Shown: piece by piece, positions 49,545-60,400 of the stretch
How positions within the stretch are numbered: position 1 is the stretch's first letter
Layout of the letters: the number at the start of each line of letters is the position of its first letter
From: Marsupella aquatica
Taxonomy: Eukaryota; Plantae; Marchantiophyta
Assembly (NCBI GenBank): GCA_973895155.1
Contig: OZ316892.1
Coordinates: forward strand, 24,189,971-24,253,970
Direction: 5' to 3'
Length of the DNA stretch: 64,000 bases
Made by a program: the position numbers and the translations under genes
Notes under the pieces: model-generated
The model's input: only the letters and a program-made list of their open reading frames with translations
The model's database searches: none
Told to the model about the DNA's origin: nothing

Positions 49545-52500
49545 TGTTGAGCATAGACAACAATTGCAACGGTAAGCACATGACACATCCAACAATCAAG
49601 TAGTCGACACAAGAGATACATGGTTCACCTCCTCGAGGCTACATCCACGGGAACACACAAGAGGGCTTTACTAAACTCTAAGCCCGTCGGCTATACCAAG
49701 TCTCCATAGTGTAAGCTCTCCTCATCTCTCAAGTGGCTCTATAACAATGAGCCTAAGTTTCACTTATCCAAGTAAACACTGCTTGACATATAGTGTGCAT
49801 CCTAGTTAACCTAACCACGTCTCTGACTATGGTTAGCCTAACTACGGTTACATGTTGTAACCCTAGACCTTGAGTAAATACCTAACAATCTCCCCTTTGA
49901 CTTTGGTCTAGGGGAGGGTAATACTGTTAACCTATATGATTCCTCAATGAGAAGTTCCGAAAAACCAAAATGGTTTTCCCTCTCTAACTAGAGCAAACCG
50001 GAACTAAGCCGTAGCCTATTACTAGGAGTGAAGAAGAGCATATATCAATAATTACAGCGAATATTATTTAAGAAAACCCCTACTTGTGATGCAATTGTAG
50101 AACCTACAGCACGTCACGATGTCTAGAGAAACTTTCCAAATGAATCACTTTGGTAAATGTGTCAGCTGGGTTGAGTTTACCGTCTATCTTGACTAGCTCA
50201 AACAAATTATCAGACACAGTCTGCCTGATAAAATGGTACCTGACGTCTATGTGCTTCACTCTATTGTCCATCACCTGGTTCATAGCAAGGTGGAGCGCAC
50301 TCTAACTATCACAATGAAGCTTCACATTCCCCTGTGGCAATCTCATTTCAGTGATAAGTCTATCCAACCAAATCGCTTCCTTCGCTGCTTCCGCTGCTGC
50401 AATATACTCTACTTCTGTAGTAGACTGAGCAATACACTTCTGCAAAGTAGAACTCCAACTTATGCATCCACCGCCAAGTGTGAACACGTACCTTGTTGTT
50501 GATCTCCTTCGGTCCAGATCTTGTCCATAGTCAGAATCTACATAGCCAATCAATGATCTAGAATTATTTGCATTTGCATCAAATAAAAGCCCATGATCCA
50601 CAGTACCCTTCAAGTACCTGATAATCCACTTCACTGCTTCCTAGTGTACTTTCCCTTGATTCAACATGTACCTGCTCACCTTGCCTATAGCCATGGCAAG
50701 ATCAGGTCTAGTGCAAGTCATCAAATACATGAGACTTCCCCCTACCTTATCATAAGGAACCTTTTTCTTCTGTGCATCATTTGACAGCAAAGAGCTTACC
50801 ACCTCATCGTATGAAATAGACTTTAGGTCTTTATACAAGAGAACCTACTTCAAACCCTGATAAGATGGGGGTAAGGAGCTGAGAAGAAGCAAGGTCTTGT
50901 ACTCTTCTTCAACGCCCTTACCGAGATTAGACAAATCAACAGCTAGGCTGTCTAATTCACCAAGTAATCCTGAAGCTTGTTCCTTGCATGTTCCCCTCTT
51001 TGAGCCTAAGGCTCATCAAGAGAGACTTCTTGTACAATCGGTCTGATGCATCCTTCCAATAATACTTTCTCTTAGGGCGTTGAACAGAGATGCACAATCC
51101 GTGTAGTCATTCAACTTCTTGATGATATGCGGCTTTACATAAAGTATCATCGCATTCACTGCAATTACTTGTTTCCGCCTCCACCTTTTTAGTGGAATCT
51201 TCTCCTCATCATTGTACATCTCTCGTGCAGAGAGAAGATGATCTAGGCCCATAGCACAAAGAACTCATTTCCCTTGTTTCTCCCAGAGCAAGTAGTCCGT
51301 ACGCCCATCATACTTTTCCACTTCAAACTTGACACCTTTAAACCTGGATGTCATCTTTTTTTTTTCAAAACCCTCTCTACTTGCTACACTAGTGATTGTA
51401 CCGGTGTCATGTGCGCTTTCTCCTGCTCCTCTCTCTCCTCAAACTATCGTGGTGATCCTTGTGCTTCAAGATCCACTTCTTAAAAAATCTCCTCCGAATC
51501 ACTCATATGAAAATGCAAGAAAAAATAACATTTTTTGAACTTCTTCAAAAAAACTCAAAACTTATCACCGCCGCGTAGCCCACAAGCCTAGCTCTCCAAT
51601 GCTGAAAACCATAATCAAAACCAAACTGTGACGTAAAACTTATTCACTTTTTGGTCAAGGTGGATAAAACTTGGAATTCTCCCATGTTTTGATCACCTTG
51701 GGGAATAACCAAAATATGAACTAGTACCCAACGTCAGAAATGCAATTTGATTGATGCACCACGTGGCCAACTCCAATGGCTACCTCCTTGCCAAAGATGA
51801 AGAAAAATAGTTACCATTCGACAGACGAAATCTTTGATAGATGGCCAAAAACATGCTTTCTAGTTTTTGGGAATATTCCTGCACAGAGCAGCAAGGCTAA
51901 CAGGATTACCTCTTTGTGATCTCTCCGTTGAGCCCAAGCACTTCACATCTCTCCCTCTGAGTCGAGCGCAACGATGAGAAACCCCGCTTAGGCAAAACAA
52001 GACTCCATACCCGGTCAAAAAACCAGAATGCTTCTTTTGCATTGTGACGCACTCATTACACACTCGGCAACAAACCATCTACCAGAATGATCAACTCGTC
52101 CTGATCTACAAGCGGAGCTACAGCATGCGACGCCTCATGCACCACAAGGTTCACACCGTCAAAAAATGAACTCTGGTCCCTCCTTCAAAAAACCGTCGAA
52201 CATGAATGTTGCCAACTTTCTTCGCAAAATCCATAACGATAAAAACTTAGATCTCTCCCCACCACGAACTCCGTTCAACAATTTCTTTGCACAATTAGAA
52301 AGCCCTTGCCCCGATCTATCCGTTGAGCCCATAAATTCTAAGTTCCACACAACGAAAGTTTAGGAAATCCACCAACACTCAACGCTGGAAAAAACCATCA
52401 CAAAAATCTGGTCACAAACAATGTCACCTCCCATGCATGCTCTGATACCAATTGTTGAGCATAGACGACAATTGCAATGGTAAGCACATGACTCATCTAA

Positions 52501-52794
52501 CGATCAAGTAGTCGACACAAAAAATACATGGTTCACCTACTTGAGACTACGTTCACGGGAACACACAAGAGAGCTTTACTAAACTCTAAGCCCGTCGGCT
52601 AAACCAAGTCTTCACAGTGTAAACTCTCCTCATCTCTCAAGTGGCTCCGTAACAATGAGCCTAAGTTTCACTTATCCAAGCAAACACTGCTTGGCATATA
52701 GTGTGCATTCTAGTCAACCTAACCAGGTCTCTGACTATGGTTAGCCTAACTATGGTTACATATCGTACCCTAGACCTTGAGTAAATACCTAACA
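49545..52794 (-). mobile_element. Internally deleted Ty1/Copia LTR retrotransposon with both LTRs
   Basis: LTRs 49545-49887 and 52453-52794 (TG...CA; about 27 substitutions and 1 indel by hand count). PBS tggtatcagagc at 52450-52439; PPT aaggggagat at 49897-49888; TSD catgg/catgt. Gag fragments, plus RT C-terminus/RNaseH (GSLMYLMTCTRPDLA, GYVDSDYGQDLDRRRSTT, STTEVEYIA). Confidence 0.95.
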
Positions 52795-53197
52795 CATGTG
52801 ACTGCTGTGAGCATGCATGCTACTCTACAACGTACCCAAAGCACTACAAGGGCCTGACAACTATAGAGATCCTTAAGCAAACTTATTGTGATGATTGATA
52901 AATCAACGATGAGAAATCGATCCTCTAACTCTAGCAATGTTGATGCTTGAGCGTCATCCTTATCCTTGCCAAGTGTATAGCCTCTACTTCGAGGCCCATA
53001 AAATATATAGTGGTACTGCTATGCTTTGCCTCAATCACGTCCGTTGTCACATTCAGCACATAACTCACTATGCTACCCTTTTAGAGTAGGAGACTGACAT
53101 CTCTCTTCTTCAACTCGAGACTTTATAGGATCATAGAGATAGATATAGATATGTCAGTGGGGGTCACCTGACCACTTGTCTTAGTATTTTGACCAAG

Positions 53198-54012
53198 CTC
53201 GGGGGTTTCACTTCCACAAAAATGACACATCACGTGCGACGAGTAAAGTTACATCATCAGTTATCAGTCGTTTTCATCAGTCGACCTGATATCAGTCGCC
53301 ACATCATCTCAGAGAGGCCACCAAGATGTGGCGCCAAAAAAATTTGATGAAGAAAAAAAACTTTTTTTGAAATTTTTGTCACTATGTGTGTCCATACCGT
53401 ACGGACATCGCTTCTCGGCGGGCCCAACCAAGATGGCCAGGTGTCCGTATGGTACGGACACCGAATTTCGCTGGAATTTTTTTTTCATTTTTTTTTGTTT
53501 TGTTTTGAAATTTTCAAGAAAATAATTTTAAATTTTTTTTCCATTTTTTTGGTCCGCTCGTCGATCTTGGCGAGGTCAGCTGAGATTGAGTCAATCTTAG
53601 CTATCTAGCTGAGATGCGTGGAAGTGCAAAGTCGTCATCTGAGCTGCTCAACTAAGATTCAAAAAACATTCAGCAAAAAAACTGTTAATTGATATCAGCC
53701 GTTGATATCAGCTGATGATCCTTGCTACCCCACGTGCGACGAAGGATAGGGTCATTTTATTGGTTTGAAAGGAAGACTTAATAATTTTTGCAGAAGAACA
53801 ATAGGGCCTTTTAAGTTCAATTTTGAGATTTATAAGAACATAGGGTCTTATAAACAAATTTTGGAATAAATTCCAAGAATATTTTCCTTGGAAAAATTCC
53901 AAGAATATTTTACCTTTATAGGGGTTGAATTGTTTTTTTATAACATTTTAGGGGGTCCGAGGCCTAAAATGTTGCAGGGATGGGGAGACATCCATATAGT
54001 GAGACCCCCAAG
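53198..54012 (+). mobile_element. 815-bp non-autonomous hAT-type element (longer member of the 47723 family)
   Basis: TIRs ctcgggggtttcact / agtgagacccccaag; 8-bp TSD tgaccaag / tgaccagg (53190-53197 and 54013-54020); colinear with the 180-bp copy at both ends. Confidence 0.85.
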
Positions 54013-54334
54013 TGACCAGGTTGTGGGCTCATGCCATGCCTGAGCAATGCTGGTTAATACTGACCCACTCACGGATCAAGATGTTTAGATGACCCTTGGG
54101 GACTGGCTGCCATTTCCTCCCCGCTGTGGCGGCATGAGGTTGTGGGCGTCGGCCCCTCGGGTTCTGGTGTTGTGTGTGATGACCCTGAGGGTTTGTGGTT
54201 CTTTTCATTGCTGGTTTTTGCTGCGGTGCCTTTGAATATCAGTTTGTGCGCTGTCGCCTTTTCTTTAAAATTAACAAATAAAATAGAAAAAACAAAAAGA
54301 AATTGGATTCAAAGGAACTTGAAGGCCTCACTAG

Positions 54335-54616
54335 AAGGGGGTCTCATATCACACATAAAGTTTTGTGGGAATAAACACCCTAATATAATAGAAATAAAGT
54401 TATGATTGTTCTTATTTTACCCATAACTTTTTGGAATATTCTTGGGATATTCCACATTTGAGTTGAAAAACCTGTATTTTTATAATTCTCAAATGTTGAT
54501 TAAAACACCCCTAATATTCTTCCACAAAAATTTAAAAATTGTTCACCAAAACCAATAAGAAAACCTATACTTATTTGCACATGATGGATTGGAAGGAACA
54601 AAGTGAGGACCCCGGG
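54335..54616 (-). mobile_element. Diverged inverted member of the same MITE family
   Basis: Ends gggggtctca... and ...aagtgaggacccc; the internal accaataagaaaacctat resembles the reverse complement of the family core. No clear TSD. Confidence 0.4.
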
Positions 54617-56332
54617 CAAAGGACATCCTTGTTACAGAAGCCCTGAGAAGCTTTTTGCAAAATTGTGGCTATGTCAGCAATATCTTTAGCTATATTTAGC
54701 TGACCAATCTATAATTGTTTACTGAACAAAATTAAGGGACATTGGAAGTCTCCTACATGTTAGGGTATGGTACTGCGGAAGAATACACTCCCCAACCAAT
54801 TTTTAAGTACTTTGCCACTACACATGTTCTAATTGAAAATGTCTCCACTTGTTTTTTTGTATTTATAATATATCATAGTTTTGTAAATGGACAACAAATT
54901 CTCCAACATAGCTAGGGGAACTGTTGTATATACAAAAATAATGGCATATTTGTAAATACAATAAAAACAATGATAAAACTGGAAATTCAAACATCTTTAG
55001 TGGCAATTACTTCAAAGCTGAATCCCAATATACCAGTATATATGGAACTGGAGATAAAGTACACAAAGGAATTTTTCTTCCAATGTTCTTGTGACCCAAG
55101 AACTCAAGTTTTTCTTTCAGTGCTCTTGTGACCCAACAACTTAACTCTTTGGTCATTGACTCGGTTAATCTTTTGACACAGATTCGTCCCTCGAGTGGTC
55201 TCTCCTTAGCTTGATGTTATTAGCCAGTGATTCCTATATGCTGTTTTGGTTGGGTTGCCCTTTGAATGCTCATGGGTGACTTTACATGAGGGTGGCCCAA
55301 AGGGCATTTATATCTTTCCCACACCTCATGGAGGGCCATATATCCAAATCATCACAAACCAGAAGTTGACATAAGAGTGCAAGGTAGGGCTCATGAACTA
55401 CTCTAAAGGAAGATGGCCCATGGTCACTAATTAAAGAAACCACCCAACAAGGTGGTCTTATAATGACAAACTGACACTTTGACATAGGATATTGTAGGGG
55501 TCCACAAATTATCAGGTAGTGTTAGGTTTTCCCAACCCAAAAGTGACCCTCTCAAACAGCCCTCTCTCATGTAAAGTCACGTGAGTCCCTTCTAGAAAAT
55601 TTATGGTTGAGATTGATCTTTGTGAAAACAAAACTAAATGGCCCTGGTCCATACTCATGGAAAGCCCCCACAGGAAATGCCCTTAATGAATTTTTTGCTT
55701 TGTAATTGTCAGTGCATTTAGGGAGAAGAATGCACGGTCAAGATTTGAATCAGCCCATTATGAAACTTCTCTTTTACTTTTCTAAAAAGTTCAAACAGAA
55801 AGTTTGTAAGTCCTTTAAGTGCATTAAGGTGCTCTTACCAGAGCATTGTGGGCAATAAGAAGCCCGGACAACGTAAGCGAACAAACCCTTGTTTTCCCAG
55901 GGCCTTGTGGCTCACCATGCTCTGTAAATAGCAGTTACTATGTAAGTAAAGCCCATCTTATTAGTGATGTACCTATGGTTATGAGACATTACCCCCGAGT
56001 GAGGCCACCCCTGTGTTAGCCTGGCCTGGGGATCATCAAATTGAATGAGAAATATGATAAGGTGCAAGTGGCAGACAAATGAGGCTTTTGAATTGTAAAA
56101 ATGGAATGGTTTAAAATGCACCTGGACTTTACCTTTGGTAACTCATTCTTGCCTAGGGTTAGTGGGCTGTAACCTCCTCAGACTCACTGGCCTCTGGGAT
56201 TACATCCCATGACCTCCTCTTGGGAATGGGTTACCCTACACTTTGTCCATAGCTTGAACTTTCATGTCAGTTGCAATTGATTGACAGTACTGTAATGTCC
56301 AGTGTAGAAATGATGAAATGGAATATGGAACT

Positions 56333-56752
56333 GGTATCATGTTTGGAACCTTTCTACCAGGGTGCCTCTATAGTATCCAGTTTAGAACGCGTATTCCATG
56401 ACGATACTGATGTAGGTACACGGTGTAGGTCGTGCCAAAGCTATGCTCTGTTGTTCATCAAATCCCAACACTCAATATCGGTATCAAGTTTGGAACCTTT
56501 CTACCAGGGTGCCTGTATAGTATTCAGTTAGGAACACTTACTCCACGAGGATACTGATTTAGGTACGGGGTAGGTGGTGCAAAAGCTCTTGTCGTTCATC
56601 ACTCCAAACACTGAATACGAAATCGGTATCACATTTGGAACCTTTTCTACCAGAGTGCCTGTATAGTATTCACTTTCCAACACGTACTCCACGAGGATAC
56701 TGATGTAGGTACAAGTAGGTCGTGCAAAAGCTATGCTCTGTTGTTCATCGAT
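56333..56752. repeat. ~146-bp tandem repeat, 3 copies, immediately upstream of the PME-1 5' region
   Basis: ggtatca..tttggaaccttt..ctaccag.gtgcct at ~56333, ~56480 and ~56625. Confidence 0.85.
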
Positions 56753-57479
56753 CCCGACATTTCGTCTTCTTCTCCTCTGTTGCTCGTTTGCAGCTCGCCT
56801 TCAAATTATTGCGAATTTGCGGAAGCTCGTCACAATTTGGCATCGGGTGGAAGAGTGAAAGAAGACGGAGAGAAAGGAAGAAAGAAGCAGACGCAGAAGT
56901 AACAGTGGAATCGAAGTGTTTTTTTTTCGCTCCTTCTGAAAGCTTGAGTGGGTACTGTGCTGTGCTGACAGGATGACGTCCTGGTTCTTGCTATCTTACT
57001 ATGGTGAGAACACTCCTCCTGCTTGAGAGTTGTGACGGAAACATTACGTTGACTTGAGTTTGTGGTTGTGAGGGCTGTGGAGGAGGTCCGAAATCTCTCG
57101 AGCACCATTCGTGCTTGACAAGTCTTGTTCAGGTGTTGCAGGTATGGTGAGATTGGGTAAGGTCGCAGTATTGTTGTAGCAGGAAAAACATGTTTTGGAA
57201 CCCCAATTGCGGTACTTCTTATCCTCTTCAGTCAGCCAGGGGCATCAGCTTGAGACATTCTTCACTCTCGCTCCGTCGGGAGTTTTTTTGATGGGGTTTC
57301 TACAAGTTGGTTTCGAAGACTTGTGGTTCTCGGCTTGGTTCATCGACTTTGTCGCTCTATAGTTAGTAGACAATTGGCCGAGAGGCGTTAGAAAGCGAAA
57401 TCGAGGTGGCTTGCAGCGAATTCAGGGAAGGAATTTGAAGTGAGTACTCTACATTTAGGTGTGACTGGGGCTCGTGAAG

Positions 57480-60400
57480 ATGGACAGGGAGGCAATGTAC
57501 GGGGAAGCATCGCCACTGAGTCCTCTGGCGGAGCCTTCCACGCTTGTTCATAGTCATAGTCATAGTTCGTCAATGCACAGCCTCGAGGAGCCTATCTTGG
57601 AAGCGTCTGAAGAAGAAGAAGATGATTTGGAAGAGAATGAGGAGCAAGTCAACAACAATAGTTCTAGGAGGCATGTGGAGCTGCCATTCTATGACCCGGA
57701 AGATGAAGCAGTGGAAGAGGAGACTGTCAGCAGTAGCAGCAGCAAAGAGCAGGTGTCGGCTTTCGCACCGGCCTCCATTCCCCCTCGCCCTTCTCGAGAG
57801 TAAGGATATCTCTCGAAATGAATTGTTTCGGTCGAGTCCCTTTTTCGTTCCCTTGCCTTGTGGTTTCCATCCCTTCGACTGGAGGTTCGTGGACTTCAAA
57901 ATCCACTCAATCCTGTTGGTTGTTCCCTTCTGCACACGCTCTATTCCTGGCTGGTCACAGGAATGTGAATCACAGTCATTGAGGTGAGACGATGCTAGTT
58001 CTCTGGTCCTACAGTCTGCTAGATAGATAGCTAATGGTTATTTTGGACCATCCTTGAGATATGTAGGCTAAATTGCTGTCAACTCTACCGGTTCCGTTGA
58101 CTTCTTATCCCTATCGCCCTCTTGTACCCTTGTTCCTTTGGGACCTTGGGGCTGGAAAATAAATCAGTGCACTGAAACCTCCTTAGTCCTCGCCGAAGCT
58201 AATCAAATCTTGTTGTCGTCGGTTACTCCTGGTTGATTGCCTGTACTCTACATTCTGTCGTCCATGCATTGATCCAAAGGACTTCAAGCACTCTTTGAAA
58301 TGTCATTTTAGTTCTCGATGGAGTGCGTGTGGTTTGGTCTATTTGTCGATATCGGTATTTGACCTATGTTGGACTCGAGCATCAGTTTTATCAGTGCTTG
58401 ATTGATTGATTGATAACTTGTCTTCCTATCCCCTTGTTGAGTCAGGATAATCTGAGAGGGCATTGCTAAATTTACAGACGTGCGTGCGCATATATTTTAG
58501 CCCCTTTTTGGTCCTGCTACTCATTGAGGCGAATACTGTTACATCATTGGTGGGCTTGTGTCCTGTGACTTGGAGGTCTGTATGACCTGTAGAGATGCTA
58601 AGTGTCCCAATGCAAAGAGAGTGTGAATTTGTAACGCCTATGTCGAATGGATAGTGGACCCTTCCGTATTAGCTTCTCCAAGGGATCTATGTGTTCTGGC
58701 CTTCGAATTGAATTTCAAGGACGACCGGTTTGGTCTTGACAACATACTGTTGCCTAGTAATAAGACAGCTGGTGTACGAAAAACTGTCCTTTCCAGTGTT
58801 CCTCCTTTTTGAAATGGCTCGTCTATGTACATCCTGAGCAACAAACTCTTGGTTGCATGACCGGTTTTATCCGCCTGAGCCCTGGACAGAGATCTTGTAG
58901 CCTGGTTGGGTGCTTCTTACGTGCCTGGAATTGAATTTCGAGAACGACTGGTTTAGTCTTGACAAAATACTGTTGCCTAGTAATATGACAGTTGGTGTAC
59001 ACTTTAGGAAAAGTCTGTCCCCTCCAGTGTTACTCCTTTTTAACGAGGCTCGTCTATGTACATTCTGAGCAACAAACTCTGGTTGCATGACCGGTTTTAT
59101 CCGCCTGAGTCCTGGACAGAGATCTTGTAGCCTGCTCGAGTCCTTTTCACCTTCTTTCATGTGCCTGGAATGGAATTTTTAGAACGACCGATTTAGTCTT
59201 GACAACGTACAGTTGCCTAGTAATATGACAGTTGCTGTACACTTAAAGAAAATTCTGTCCTTTCCAGTGTTGCACCTGTTTAACGAGGCTCGCTATGTAC
59301 ATTCTGAGCAACAAACTCTTGGTTGCATGACTGGTTTTATCCGCCTGAGCCCTAGACATAGCTCTTGTAGCCTGCTCGACCTTCTCACCTTCTGTCAAGT
59401 GCCTGGACTGTTTTATTCTACTTGTGTAAGCTAAATGTTTAGATTGATTTGGGTTTGCTTCATTCTTGCATATCGTACCTTATGTGCCTATCTTGTAATC
59501 GCTCCTGCAGGGCAGCTTCGAGTAGGTACTCGCCCTTACCATGGGAGGGCCATTTTGATGAAGAAAAGGATATAATAATTCCAGGCACACAGAATGTAAG
59601 TGGTTCCTTCAGCTTGATCCAAATATCGTTGTGTGATTCGTTTCCCTTTAATTCTTATTTCTGCTTAGAACTTTGTTGGAGAAATCATGATTGACTTTAT
59701 CTCGTGGAAGTAAAGGTTACTTGGGCTCCCATGAGGGTGAGAGTTCTTTTTTAAATTGGGTTTAGTTTTAATAGTTTGCTGGCAAATAAATATCAGTTTT
59801 GTATCAGTGACATGCTATATTGATTTCTCGTCTGGAGTGGTGATTCCTGGTTGTTAGGAACTCAGACCTTGTGTCTATCTACCGGTAATCTTGTTGCCTA
59901 GAAAAGTTTACCCAAACATAATATAGAATACCTTTCTGCGTGGCGCTGTGTGGAAAAGAGGAGCTTTGCAGTACGGATTTCAATTCTCTGTGCTACAGTT
60001 GTGTTGTCCAGGGGAGCTTGCAGACCTGTTTTCTTAGTATAGTCTACTAGTAAGATTGTTATCTGTGCGGCGGATATGCATCTATTGGACTGTCGAGGTA
60101 GATACAATCAAAGTTCGTATTACATCTTACTTTTCTTGCTTATACGTGGAAGCAGGTTTTCCATGTGTACATGGCTGGTACTCAAGGTCCTGTTGTGTTT
60201 TGTCTTCATGGTGGGGGCTACTCAGGGTAAGCTAATCTAGTCCATGGGTTGGTTATTGTTGGCCAACACTGGTCATGAATGACCCTGAGTTTCGTGCCAC
60301 AGGGAACCCAGTGCACATAAGATGCAAGTTTCCAGTGGAGTGTTGTATGTCCGAAGATGCGATTGTTGGTCCACTCAAGTGTAGTACATTGCCAATTTTC

